Shown here piece by piece: positions 8,801 through 18,538 of a stretch of 25,398 nt of DNA. The stretch is from an uncultured virus (IMG/VR IMGVR_UViG_2571042902_000002) (Duplodnaviria; Heunggongvirae; Uroviricota; Caudoviricetes): IMG/VR virus record IMGVR_UViG_2571042902_000002, positions 62,001-87,398 of that record, one strand, 5' to 3'. Numbering within the stretch: position 1 is the first letter of the stretch; the number at the start of each line of letters is the position of its first letter. The notes under the pieces are model-generated. The model was not told the origin of the DNA, ran no database searches, and was given only the letters and a program-made list of their open reading frames with translations. The translations under genes and the position numbers were made by a program.

Positions 8801-9202
8801 ATGATCACAGTTGAACAGGCCCGGCAGTACCTGCAGAGCCAGGGCATCGACAACGTGCCCGATTTCATCCTCGCGGCGTGGATCGAGCAATTGCAGGAGA
8901 TCCAGGACTGCCTGGATGCCCACTACCCGGCATCGACCGCGCTGCTGATTCAGGCCTACCTGCTGGCGCTGTTTGCGCTGGCCCAGGCCGACAAGTACAT
9001 CAGCAGCCAGACGGCCCCATCCGGCGCTTCTCGATCGTTCCGCTACCAGGCCTTTGCTGATCGCTGGAAGGCGCAGTTGGCCCTGCTGAACGCACTGGAC
9101 AAGTACGGATGTGCGACGGAACTGATCCCACCGAATCCAACCCAAACCGCCCATGGCGGCCTTTGGATCGCGCGAGGCGGCTGCATGTGTGGTGACTCAT
9201 GA
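8801..9202 (+). CDS. Head-tail connector (adaptor) protein
   Basis: ATG at 8801 (MITVEQARQYL...) with AGGA upstream; size and position of an adaptor; ISSQTAPSGASRSFRY motif. Confidence 0.7.
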   Translation: MITVEQARQYLQSQGIDNVPDFILAAWIEQLQEIQDCLDAHYPASTALLIQAYLLALFALAQADKYISSQTAPSGASRSFRYQAFADRWKAQLALLNALDKYGCATELIPPNPTQTAHGGLWIARGGCMCGDS

Positions 9203-9537
9203 GCACGACAGCGAATTGGAGTTACACCAACACAGCGACGGTTCGGCCATTCCTGCACTTCGACCTTTCGACCCAGGAGGCCGTTTACGGCCCTGAGTAC
9301 GAAATCGCCTGCACCTGGACCGCCAAGAGCGAGCAGATGCGGGAGGAGGGCGGGCAATCTGGAGCGCGGGGGGCTGAGTTCGTATCGCGCCACCAGATAT
9401 TCACCGAGGACCGCCGGCCGAAGTACCTGGACCTGATCCAGTTCGACGGATCCAACGGCTGGGAAGAGATTCGCTCGGTGACGAACTGGGACATGTCCTT
9501 CTTCGGTGAACAGCCGGACTTTCTGCTGGTGACCTGA
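9199..9537 (+). CDS. Head closure/head-tail joining protein
   Basis: ATGA overlap with the previous gene; 112 aa; position. Confidence 0.65.
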   Translation: MSTTANWSYTNTATVRPFLHFDLSTQEAVYGPEYEIACTWTAKSEQMREEGGQSGARGAEFVSRHQIFTEDRRPKYLDLIQFDGSNGWEEIRSVTNWDMSFFGEQPDFLLVT

Positions 9538-9538
9538 C

Positions 9539-9943
9539 ATGGCAATCCAAGGAATCGACCGCGTCCGGCGGAATCTTCGTGTGGCTGTCGAAAACATCGC
9601 CGGCGGTGTTTCCGAGCGCGCAGTTTATGAGGTACTGAGCCAGGGCGCCGCAATGGCGCAGACCATGACGCCGATCGACACATCGACTCTCGTCAACAGT
9701 CAAACGGCCCCCCAGATCACTGTTGGCTCCAATGGGGTCGAGGGGAGCGTCGGTTACACCGCCGCCTACGCGGCGGCAGTCCACGAAGCGCCAGGCACTC
9801 TCGCCGGCCAGCCGCGCGACGAGAACGACCCCAGCCGGGGAGACTACTGGGATCCGAATGCGGAGCCTGAGTTTCTCACGAAAGGTTTTGACCAGATCAT
9901 TCCAGCTATCCCGGCCATCCTCCGCAGGACCTACCGCGTATGA
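9539..9943 (+). CDS. Neck/tail completion protein (HK97 gp10-like)
   Basis: TPIDTSTL.NS, VGYTAAYAAAVHE and PEFL motifs. Confidence 0.75.
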   Translation: MAIQGIDRVRRNLRVAVENIAGGVSERAVYEVLSQGAAMAQTMTPIDTSTLVNSQTAPQITVGSNGVEGSVGYTAAYAAAVHEAPGTLAGQPRDENDPSRGDYWDPNAEPEFLTKGFDQIIPAIPAILRRTYRV

Positions 9944-10314
9944 CCCCCTACGACGCCTTCCAGGATTGGCTGGCTTCGATCCTGGGCGAGGGCTACCAGT
10001 ACAGCCGTGGGATGTGGGTAGACCACCCCTCGCTCGACTCGGCATTCATCGCAGCGATCCAGCAAACCGGCGGCGCCCCGACTCAGGTCGACGTCCGTCG
10101 CCTGCGGTTCAAGGTGATCCTCCTCGGCCCGAAGGGCGTCCGGAAACACGTTGTCGACGTCGGCAACTCAATCGAGACCCTGGCGCAGGCAGCGCTTGGC
10201 GACAGCGTCCCCTGTGGCGCCGCATCTGTTCGGGCAATCGGAGAGCCGATCGGGCCCGGATACACCACGGAAAACCGGGCCTGGTACAGCCTGGACCTTG
10301 AAGTTCTCTACTAA
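9940..10314 (+). CDS. Tail terminator protein
   Basis: ATGA overlap; 124 aa directly before the tail tube gene. Confidence 0.65.
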   Translation: MTPYDAFQDWLASILGEGYQYSRGMWVDHPSLDSAFIAAIQQTGGAPTQVDVRRLRFKVILLGPKGVRKHVVDVGNSIETLAQAALGDSVPCGAASVRAIGEPIGPGYTTENRAWYSLDLEVLY

Positions 10315-10328
10315 TCAGGAGGCCAGAC

Positions 10329-11324
10329 ATGGCTTGCAAGAAGCTCAAATTTCCGGGCCGCGATGTCGTGCTCGAGTATTACATCGGGTGCGGCGATGCG
10401 CTGCCGGCGGAGAATGACTGGCGCCGTTTCGGGTCGCTCCGCGCGAAGGAGTTCACTGTCGAATGGGACACCATCGACGCAACCGACTCCGACTCGGTCG
10501 GCGCGCTGCGGGAGAACCTGGCCAGCTTCCAGACGCTGACCATTTCCGGTGACGGTACCGTGAAGTCCTCCGGTGCTGGCGCGCAGAACCTGATCGACCT
10601 GACGAAACATGTCGTGAAGCCGGACGCGACCGGCGGGCAGCCTGTTGTCTGGATGCGCATGACCTTCCCGGACCTGACTTTCACCGCGTTCATGCTCATC
10701 AGCAACCTCAGTCGTTCCGCGCCGTACGACGATGTCACCACCTACAGCTTCGAGGCTTCGGCGACCGCTTCCGACTTCGGCCTGATCGTCGAGGATACCC
10801 CCGACGCGGATGCGCCGGACCCGACCAGCATTCAGGTCGTGCCGGAGACCCTCTCCCTTACCGTTGGCGAGGGCTTCAACTTCGAAGGCGTCGTGCTGCC
10901 TGTTGGCGCTCCGCAAGGCCTGCGCTGGACCTCGACCGCTCCGACGGTGGCCGCAGTGAACGCGGTTACCGGCGAGGTCAGCGCGCTGTCGGCCGGCACA
11001 GCCACGATCACCGCTGCCTCCAGCGTCGCCCCTGGAGTTACCGATACCGCAACCGTAACGGTCATCCCGCTGGTGCAGGGCATTACCGTCTCGCCGACCT
11101 CTGTCTCGATCGCCGAAGGCGCGACCCAGCAACTGACCGCCGCTGTATCTCCGACTGGCGCGGCTCCTGGCCTGGTCTACGAAAGTGCGGCGCCGGCGAT
11201 TGCTACCGTGAGCTCTACCGGCCTGGTTACCGGCGTTGATGTGGGCACCACCACGGTGAAAATCACCAGTGCGGCGCGTCCCTCGGTCAGCGTGACCATT
11301 CCGGTAACCATCACTGCACCGTGA
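10329..11324 (+). CDS. Major tail tube protein with two C-terminal Ig-like (Big_2) domains
   Basis: SD AGGAGG; tube domain of about 155 aa, then two repeats (WTSTAPTVAAVNAVTGEVSALSAGTATITA; YESAAPAIATVSSTGLVTGVDVGTTTVKIT). Confidence 0.9.
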   Translation: MACKKLKFPGRDVVLEYYIGCGDALPAENDWRRFGSLRAKEFTVEWDTIDATDSDSVGALRENLASFQTLTISGDGTVKSSGAGAQNLIDLTKHVVKPDATGGQPVVWMRMTFPDLTFTAFMLISNLSRSAPYDDVTTYSFEASATASDFGLIVEDTPDADAPDPTSIQVVPETLSLTVGEGFNFEGVVLPVGAPQGLRWTSTAPTVAAVNAVTGEVSALSAGTATITAASSVAPGVTDTATVTVIPLVQGITVSPTSVSIAEGATQQLTAAVSPTGAAPGLVYESAAPAIATVSSTGLVTGVDVGTTTVKITSAARPSVSVTIPVTITAP

Positions 11325-11938
11325 TCCTCACCGAGATCGGTGAGATAGGCGTACACACGGCCTCGGGGGAGTGCTTTCTCCTGCGGCCGTCCCTGTACGC
11401 CATGACCCAGCTCGGTACGCCGGCCGAGATTGTCGACGTCTTCGCGCGAGTCATGAGCGACCCGATCACCGAGAAGCACCAGGCGGACCAGTTCGCCGAC
11501 GCCCTGGCCGTGGTGGTGGCCTGTAGTGAGCAGGATCTGTCCGACGTGTTTGGCTACTACGACCAGGACCTGGTCTACCGGCCAGGAACTGCGGATGTCG
11601 AGCACCTTGTGCCTCTCGCGCGCTGCCTGCTGAAGCACGGCGTCACCGGGGCGCTTCCGCCGCTTCCCCGGCGCCATGACGAAGAACCGAACTACTCGGC
11701 GGAATTCGTGGCGCGGGAGTACGTCGCGACTGCGATAGCGCATTTGGGGCTCAGCGAGCGCGACGCATGGTCCATGACCATGACCGGCCTGATCGGCGCT
11801 CTGCGCGCGAAATACCCACCAACCGAATCTAACGCTCCGGGCGCCAGAGCCCCGACCGCGGCAGAGCATGACGCGACGATGGAGTGGTTCGACAAGATCG
11901 AGGCCAAGCGCAAGGCGCGGGCGAAAGGAGCACCCTGA
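11321..11938 (+). CDS. Tail assembly chaperone (DUF6246-like)
   Basis: Between tail tube and tape measure; HLGLSERDAWSMTMT gpT-like motif. Confidence 0.75.
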   Translation: MILTEIGEIGVHTASGECFLLRPSLYAMTQLGTPAEIVDVFARVMSDPITEKHQADQFADALAVVVACSEQDLSDVFGYYDQDLVYRPGTADVEHLVPLARCLLKHGVTGALPPLPRRHDEEPNYSAEFVAREYVATAIAHLGLSERDAWSMTMTGLIGALRAKYPPTESNAPGARAPTAAEHDATMEWFDKIEAKRKARAKGAP

Positions 11939-14427
11939 TGGCTGAGAATGTCGGCAGCATCTACTACACCGTCGAGGCGGATACCTCCAGCCTCGTAAAC
12001 GGTGCGAACGCCGCCGATCGCTCGTTGGACAGCATGCAGGGTTCTATGCAGCGGACCGATGCGACTGCTGGGAAGTTGCAGACCCGCATGACCAGAGTGG
12101 CGGGGGCTGTGCGGCAGGCCAACCAGCAGATCGGCGCCCAGACCTCGGCATACAGCGGGCTAACCCGGGTCGTTGCTGCTTACCTTTCGCTCCGGACGCT
12201 CCAGTCGGTCATCGAACTATCCGACCAGTACGGCCAGATGGCCTCGCGCATTCGGAACGCTACCAGCAGCGCCGAAGAGTACGCCATGGTGCAGGAGCGG
12301 CTGTTGCAGACCGCCAACGGCACCTTCCGGGCGCTGGGCGAGGCTCAAGAGGTCTACCTGGCTACGGCTGACACGCTCCGGGATCTCGGCTACACCACGT
12401 CCGACGTTCTGGACATCACCGACTCGTTCTCCTACGCGCTGGTTCGCGACGCCGCGCGCGCCGACCAGGCCACCACCGCCATGGATGCGTGGTCCAAGGC
12501 GTTGATGAAGAACAAGGTCGAGGCTGATGGCTGGGCCTCGATAATGGCCGCGACTCCGTCGATCGTCGAAGGCATCGCCGAGGCTACCGGCCGGACCCAG
12601 GCTGAAATCCGGCAGTTGGGCGCCAGCGGGAAGCTGTCTGTCGAGGCACTGAACGAAGGGCTGCGCCGAACCCGGGACGAGAACAAGGCACTGGCCGATG
12701 AGATGGAAACATCGGTCGCAGACTCGTTTACCAAGCTTCGCAACAGCATGACGGTGTTCATCGGCAAGGTGAACGAGTCGAGCGGCGCCAGCCAGATTCT
12801 GACCAGCAACATCGCCGAACTCGCGGATGCATTGCAGGACCCCGAGACCATTCGTGCCGCCCAGGACCTGGCCGCAGGGGTGGTAAGCGCCCTCAACCAG
12901 ATCATCGCCGGCGCGAAAGAAACCGTTCGGATCGTCAAATGGGCGGCTGAGGGGATTGCCGCAGCACTGCACGGGGCAGCGTCTGATGACATTGTCCGCC
13001 TGGAGGACCAGCTCAACACCTACCAGGAGATGCTGGCCAACCCGCTTAAGCGCCTGCGCATCGGCGGGAAAGGGCAGGCGATTGCGCTATTCAGCGAGGA
13101 CGAAATCAAGGCCAACATCGCCGCAACGCAAGCGCTGATCGATCAGTTCTACAAGGACCAGGAGAAGACGCCCCCGGTAGTTGTGCCGAACGTAGAGTCA
13201 CCGTCTCCCCAGGGTAAATCGGGCGGGAAGACCGGTACCGTCAACGCCGAGGCCGCTGCCACGGCAGGCACGAAGAAGCTCACCGAGGCGCAGAAGGCAG
13301 CCAAGAAGGCCGCCCAGGAACTTGCCCAGGCGCAGAAGGAAAACATCGACGCCATTGCCAGCCTTGGCCAGCAACTCGCCCTTGTCGGCCTGAAGGGCAA
13401 GGAACTGATGCAGACCCAGGCTGAACTTCAACTCAACGAGTACGCCACGCCGGAGCAGGTCGCCCAGGTCCGCGCGCTCGCCGCGGCACTGTACGAAGCG
13501 CAACAGATCGAAGCCAACAAGCAGTTGCTGGGTCAGATGGACCCGATCGCCGGCGAAGATCAGCGCTACCAGACCGAGTTGGAGAACCTGAAAAAACTGA
13601 ACGAGGCCAAATTGCTCGAGGACCAGCGCTACCTGGAACTCAAGGCGCAGGCCGAGCAACAGCACGATGCCACGATGAAGCAACTGGAGGAGGAGCGATT
13701 CCGCCGCCAGGCTGCCGGCAACGAGATGATCATGGCAACGCTTGATCAGGTGCAACAGGCCGGTACGAACGCTCTGACAGGGCTGATAACCGGGGCGAAC
13801 AATGGTGCCGACGCCATGCGACAACTGGCCGGCGCCATGCTGAACCAGGTCGTCGGTGCCCTCGTCAAGGTCGGCATCGAGCAGGCCAAGAACTTCATCA
13901 TGGGTCAGACCCAGCAGGCGGCTGCGGCAACCACGGCCGCGGCGACCGGCGCCGCTATGGCTTCTGCCTACGCGCCAGCCGCTGCTGCCGCTTCGGTTGC
14001 GTCATTCGGCGGGGCGGCAACGGCTGGCCTTACCGCAATGGCGGCCGCCATCCCGGCAATGCTTGGGATGTTCGCTGGAGGTCGCCAGTACGGCGGTCCC
14101 GTAGGGGCGGGCGGCATGTACCGGATCAACGAGAACGGCGCACCAGAGGTATTCCAGGCTGCGAATGGCCGGCAGTACATGCTGCCGAACACCCGTGGAG
14201 AGGTGATCAGCAACGGCGACGCCTCCGCTCAAGGCTCGCCGCAGATCAGCCTGCAGATCATCAACAACGGTCCGCCGGTTTCCGCCACCGCCGCCATGGA
14301 CGGGAACAACCTGCGGGTAACTCTCGATGCGGTCGAGCAGGACTTTGCCAACAAGGTTTCGTCTGGCCAGGGGCTTTACCCGAAAGCAATCGAAGGCGCC
14401 TATGGATTCAAGAGGGCAGGGCGATGA
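11938..14427 (+). CDS. Tape measure protein
   Basis: ATG at 11938 (TGATG overlap, SD AAAGGAG); long Ala/Gln-rich helical protein; C-terminal GGRQYGGPV...INENGAPEVF motif. Confidence 0.95.
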   Translation: MAENVGSIYYTVEADTSSLVNGANAADRSLDSMQGSMQRTDATAGKLQTRMTRVAGAVRQANQQIGAQTSAYSGLTRVVAAYLSLRTLQSVIELSDQYGQMASRIRNATSSAEEYAMVQERLLQTANGTFRALGEAQEVYLATADTLRDLGYTTSDVLDITDSFSYALVRDAARADQATTAMDAWSKALMKNKVEADGWASIMAATPSIVEGIAEATGRTQAEIRQLGASGKLSVEALNEGLRRTRDENKALADEMETSVADSFTKLRNSMTVFIGKVNESSGASQILTSNIAELADALQDPETIRAAQDLAAGVVSALNQIIAGAKETVRIVKWAAEGIAAALHGAASDDIVRLEDQLNTYQEMLANPLKRLRIGGKGQAIALFSEDEIKANIAATQALIDQFYKDQEKTPPVVVPNVESPSPQGKSGGKTGTVNAEAAATAGTKKLTEAQKAAKKAAQELAQAQKENIDAIASLGQQLALVGLKGKELMQTQAELQLNEYATPEQVAQVRALAAALYEAQQIEANKQLLGQMDPIAGEDQRYQTELENLKKLNEAKLLEDQRYLELKAQAEQQHDATMKQLEEERFRRQAAGNEMIMATLDQVQQAGTNALTGLITGANNGADAMRQLAGAMLNQVVGALVKVGIEQAKNFIMGQTQQAAAATTAAATGAAMASAYAPAAAAASVASFGGAATAGLTAMAAAIPAMLGMFAGGRQYGGPVGAGGMYRINENGAPEVFQAANGRQYMLPNTRGEVISNGDASAQGSPQISLQIINNGPPVSATAAMDGNNLRVTLDAVEQDFANKVSSGQGLYPKAIEGAYGFKRAGR

Positions 14428-14891
14428 TCAAATGGCCTGATGGCCTTCCCTTTCCGCTCAGGGAGGGGTACGGCTTCAAGACGGTTGAACCAATGGCCAG
14501 GACCGCCCTCCAGAGCGGCCGGGCACGCTATCGACGGAACTTCAGCGGCGTGCCGGTTGCTCTGGAGGTTTCTTGGCTGTTCACCGCTGAGCAGGCGCGT
14601 CTGTTCAAGGGGTGGTACCGAGACGTCCTGAAAGACGGCGTCAAGTGGTTCGAGTGCGAGCTCAGAACGGAAGAAGGCATTGTTCCGTGCCACCTGCACT
14701 TCGAGGGGATCTACGACGGTGGCTATCTCGTCGGGCGCGACCACTGGCGCTTCAACGCGACCGTCGTGATGCGAGAGCGCTCGATCATCGATCCTGGGTG
14801 GGCTGAGATTCTGCCCGAGTACATCCTCCTCGCTGACATCTTCGACATCGCGATGAACAGGGAGTGGCCTCGACATGGCGACGGCTCTTGA
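14424..14891 (+). CDS. Distal tail protein (gpM-like)
   Basis: Directly after tape measure; RTALQSGRARYRR and F.GWY...L.DG..WF motifs. Confidence 0.75.
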   Translation: MIKWPDGLPFPLREGYGFKTVEPMARTALQSGRARYRRNFSGVPVALEVSWLFTAEQARLFKGWYRDVLKDGVKWFECELRTEEGIVPCHLHFEGIYDGGYLVGRDHWRFNATVVMRERSIIDPGWAEILPEYILLADIFDIAMNREWPRHGDGS

Positions 14892-15366
14892 GCGGTTCTA
14901 TGCCTCAGGCGGTGAGGACCTGCAGTTCGCCACGATCGAGTTGTCATGCCCGGCTTGGGCGGAGCCTATCCTCATCTGCCAGGGCTATGACGACATCACC
15001 TGCATGACCGAAGACGGGCGGCTGCTGACGTTCATCGCTGGTGCGATCGACGTATCGATTCCGAAGCGAGACAACAGCGGAAACCAGAACGTTGGATTCG
15101 CAATCGACAACGTGACCGGATTCGCCCAGCAGCGTATCAACGAAGCGCTGGAGGCTGGCGAGTATGTCACCTTGATCCTGCGGATGTACCTGGAGAGCGA
15201 TTTCACAGCTCCTGCTGAGCGTCCGTACCGGATGAGGGTTAAGACGTCGGGTTTCGAGGGTCTCACTGTCCAGGTAGAGGCCGGCTACTACGACCTCATC
15301 AACACCGCCGCGCTGCGCCACATCTACAACGTTAGCGAGTTCCCTGGCCTCAAATACTGGCCCTGA
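14875..15366 (+). CDS. Minor tail protein (DUF1833-like)
   Basis: IDNV and Y....FPGL motifs; position in the tail-tip cluster. Confidence 0.8.
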   Translation: MATALERFYASGGEDLQFATIELSCPAWAEPILICQGYDDITCMTEDGRLLTFIAGAIDVSIPKRDNSGNQNVGFAIDNVTGFAQQRINEALEAGEYVTLILRMYLESDFTAPAERPYRMRVKTSGFEGLTVQVEAGYYDLINTAALRHIYNVSEFPGLKYWP

Positions 15367-15370
15367 TCCC

Positions 15371-15778
15371 ATGCCGAACAGATACCTCACCGCCATCTAT
15401 ACCGAGGGCGGGCGGGCCCTGCCGTGCCTTGACTGCTGGGGCCTGACGCTCATCGCGCGGGTTGAGTTGTTCGGGCTGCCGATGCTGAGCGACTTCGGCG
15501 GTGTCACGCGGCGCACCCCGGTTACGATGCAAAGGGCGTGCGATGCGGAGATCCACCGCGCGCTCGAGCAATGCGAGCCAGGACCTGGGGTCATCGCCGC
15601 GGCCTACAGAGGGCGGCTGCTCGATCACGTAGGTCTGCTGGTCGAAGTGGATGGACGCCTCCGGGTTCTCGAAATCAACCCGGGAAGCGGGGTTTCACTC
15701 ACCCCGCTCCAGAAGTTCTCCGACAAATACTCCAAGGTGGTCTTCTACCGTGATCGAAATCTACCCATCGCTCCTTGA
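15371..15778 (+). CDS. NlpC/P60-like tail assembly protein
   Basis: GGR...LDCWGL (Cys) and HVGL (His) motifs. Confidence 0.85.
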   Translation: MPNRYLTAIYTEGGRALPCLDCWGLTLIARVELFGLPMLSDFGGVTRRTPVTMQRACDAEIHRALEQCEPGPGVIAAAYRGRLLDHVGLLVEVDGRLRVLEINPGSGVSLTPLQKFSDKYSKVVFYRDRNLPIAP

Positions 15779-18479
15779 CGGAGAACCGCTGGAGCGGCAT
15801 CCGATCGGCCGCAGGATGACGATTCATGCCTGGCTGACTGCGAATTCGCCCGGGTACTGCTGCCACGGTGTCCACCCGTTCTCCATCGGTGTTGTCCCCG
15901 CCGAGGTTGCGCTCTGCGATGACCTCACCGACAAGCAGAAAAAGGCCCATGAGGAGTTCATCCATCCCGGTGAGTGGGCTGAGCGCATCATCGACCGCGG
16001 CGACATTGTGAGGATCTACAAGCTCCCGCGCGGGACTGATCCGTTCACGATTACTGCGGCCCTTTTCAAGGGGGCGCAATCGGTTTTTCGGATGCTCATG
16101 CCTCAATTGCCCGGCATGCCGACGAACCCCGGGCAGGGCGCGTCGCTCTCTGAAACCAGCGCGCGCGGGAACAAGGTAAAACTCGGCGATGCGATCCGCG
16201 AAGTCGCTGGCCGTCGTCTGATTTATCCAGACTACATCCTGCCGCCCCGGAAGTATTTCGCCGGTCCGCGTGAGCAGTGGACCGAAATGCTCCTGTGTAT
16301 TGGCCGTGGTCGGTTCCAGATCGCCGAAGGGGCAGCGAAAATCGGTGATACGTCGTTCCTGGCACTGGGCGCTGATGCCTCTTTACAGATTTTCGAACCA
16401 GGGCAGAACGTCAGCGGGCACCCAGCATCAGTTTGGTGGCATCTCGTCGAAGAAGTGGGTGCGAGTTCAACGGGTAACGCCGGTCTAGATCTGACCGAGA
16501 GTTCCAATCTCACGCCGAACCCCTCGGCAACTACGTTCACGTTCTCCGGAACGAACATCATCATTTCTGCCGGCGCGGGGTCGTTTCCCTCCGATTGGGT
16601 GGCGGGGACCATTCTGCGTGTTGAGGCGATGTACCCCTATTCGGTGAACGATGGCGGCGGGACGAATCGCGACGTCGTGACGGGGGATATCGCTCAGCTC
16701 GGGCTGGATGTTGGCGATGAGATCGAGGTGGTCGGCACCAACGGCGGCCTCTACCTGGTGAACGACATCACCTCAACGTCGATGACGCTCAACTACAGCA
16801 ACGGTTCGCCGGCCAATGCGTTGCAGACCGGCTCCGGAAATGCAGCAATCGGCCCGCGTGGGCTGCGCTATCGGATCACGGCGTACAGCGCGCAGCAACT
16901 CACCGTCGAGCGGCTGACCAGTGCGGGTGGTGTCGATGTTGACTGGCCAGGATTCACCGCTCTCAACTCGTCTACGTCCCGAGTCACCATTGATCCGACC
17001 AGCCTAGAAGGGGGCTGGCGTGGTCCCTTCCCGGCGTGCCCTGTATCGGAGAAGACCAACTTCGTCGAGATCGACGTATTTTGCCCGGAAGGGCTTTGCG
17101 GTGTAGGCAGGGAAGGGCAGATTTACCAGATCCGCACTTATTACGACATCCAGTGGCGAGACATGGCCATCGGCGGCGCATGGACGACGGTCAGCAAGAA
17201 CCATGCTGGCAGTTCTCTCGACCAGCAGGGTTTTACGGACGGCATCCCGCTGCCGTACATGATGCGGCCCGAGTTTCGCATCAGAAAAGTGTTCGTCAAC
17301 CAGGGCGGCAACTCAACATCCGAGTACCGAGACCGCACCCAGTGGTACGGGATGCGCGCGCGCCTCCAGGCTCCGTCGTCCTACGCCGGCGTCACAACAA
17401 TGGCCGTCAGGTATCGGTCGTCTGACCGTATCGCGGCGCAGACAGAAAGCCGCGTCTCGGTAGAGGCTACCCGCATGCTACCGACTCGGCAGAACGGTGC
17501 ATGGACACCCGAGATAGCAACGCGAGACATCGTCCCATTCCTCTGCTACATCGCGAAGGAACGCGGCTACACCGATGCGGATCTCGATCTTGAGGAACTC
17601 GATCGGCTGGACGCAATCTGGAAGGCCCGCGGCGACACGTTCGACATGATCTACGAGGACGGCAAGGTAACTGTCGCGCAGATCATGGATGACGTGCTTG
17701 CGGCCGGATATGCGGAGAAGACCATTAAGCGCGGCGTGATCTCTGCGGCCCGAGACGAGCCAAGGACCACATTCGGGCACATGTACTCGCCGCAGAACAT
17801 GGATGGTCCACTGAGGATCAGCATCAGCGCGCCGTCTGAGGACGACTACGACGGCGTCGATGTAGAGTTCGTCAATGCCAACGGCTGGATCGAAGATACC
17901 GTCCAGTGCCGCCTGCCCGGCGATGTTGGCAGGAAGGTCGAGAAGATCACGGCTGTCGGCGTGACAGACCGTAACAGGGCGTGGCGATACGGAATGCGCC
18001 GCCGGATGGCTCAGCGATACCGGAGAACTGAGTATTCGTTCGATACCGGCCTAGACGCGCTGAACAGCGAGTTCTGGGATTATGTGGCCCTTGCCGGCGA
18101 TGTTCCCGGCCCTGGCCTGGCGCAGAGCGCATACCTGAAATCGTTCGTGACCTCGGGAAACTCGGTCCTGATCGAGTCCAGCGAGCCGCTCGACTGGTCA
18201 CTGCTGAACTCGCCAGCGCTCTACCTGCGGCGCCCAGACGGAACGGTTTCCGGTGGATATCCGGCGTCGAGGATCGACGACTACCGGCTGAGCATTCCCA
18301 GCATCGATTTCGTCCCTGATGTTTCGTGGGAAATCGAACCGCCGCACCTGCTGCTGGGAAATCCATACCCGGCACTGATCAGCTCAATCGATCCAAACGG
18401 CAATACCGCGGCGTCCGTCCGAGCGGTGAACTACGACCCCAGGGTCTACACCTACGACAACGCCAGCGCACCAGACTGA
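15750..18479 (+). CDS. Central tail-tip/host specificity protein (TipJ-like)
   Basis: GTG at 15750 (VIEIYPS..., SD AAGGTGG); about 909 aa; VAGRRLIYPDY, DGVDVEFVN and VRAVNYDPRVY motifs. Confidence 0.88.
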   Translation: MIEIYPSLLDGEPLERHPIGRRMTIHAWLTANSPGYCCHGVHPFSIGVVPAEVALCDDLTDKQKKAHEEFIHPGEWAERIIDRGDIVRIYKLPRGTDPFTITAALFKGAQSVFRMLMPQLPGMPTNPGQGASLSETSARGNKVKLGDAIREVAGRRLIYPDYILPPRKYFAGPREQWTEMLLCIGRGRFQIAEGAAKIGDTSFLALGADASLQIFEPGQNVSGHPASVWWHLVEEVGASSTGNAGLDLTESSNLTPNPSATTFTFSGTNIIISAGAGSFPSDWVAGTILRVEAMYPYSVNDGGGTNRDVVTGDIAQLGLDVGDEIEVVGTNGGLYLVNDITSTSMTLNYSNGSPANALQTGSGNAAIGPRGLRYRITAYSAQQLTVERLTSAGGVDVDWPGFTALNSSTSRVTIDPTSLEGGWRGPFPACPVSEKTNFVEIDVFCPEGLCGVGREGQIYQIRTYYDIQWRDMAIGGAWTTVSKNHAGSSLDQQGFTDGIPLPYMMRPEFRIRKVFVNQGGNSTSEYRDRTQWYGMRARLQAPSSYAGVTTMAVRYRSSDRIAAQTESRVSVEATRMLPTRQNGAWTPEIATRDIVPFLCYIAKERGYTDADLDLEELDRLDAIWKARGDTFDMIYEDGKVTVAQIMDDVLAAGYAEKTIKRGVISAARDEPRTTFGHMYSPQNMDGPLRISISAPSEDDYDGVDVEFVNANGWIEDTVQCRLPGDVGRKVEKITAVGVTDRNRAWRYGMRRRMAQRYRRTEYSFDTGLDALNSEFWDYVALAGDVPGPGLAQSAYLKSFVTSGNSVLIESSEPLDWSLLNSPALYLRRPDGTVSGGYPASRIDDYRLSIPSIDFVPDVSWEIEPPHLLLGNPYPALISSIDPNGNTAASVRAVNYDPRVYTYDNASAPD

Positions 18480-18497
18480 CCGCACACACAAATCCAG

Positions 18498-18520
18498 AGC
18501 CCGCCATAGAGCGGGCTTTT
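18498..18520 (+). terminator. Intrinsic terminator-like hairpin between TipJ and tailspike
   Basis: AGCCCGC-CATAGA-GCGGGCT followed by TTT. Confidence 0.65.
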
Positions 18521-18538
18521 CATGCCCGGAGAATTTGC

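Noticed and set aside
5695..8868. 1057-aa minus-strand ORF
   Set aside because: It is codon-aligned antisense to three same-frame, GC-biased head genes, the usual shadow-ORF artefact, and has no recognisable motifs.
11321..11938. Programmed -1 frameshift of the tail chaperone (G/GT type)
   Set aside because: One ORF spans the whole tube-to-tape-measure gap, and no slippery heptamer or second frame was seen.
18326..18538. Long N-terminal extension of the tailspike in the ORF track (also extensions at 214, 8720, 11884, 15651, 23480)
   Set aside because: These run through upstream genes or hairpins; downstream starts have SD motifs or stop-start coupling.
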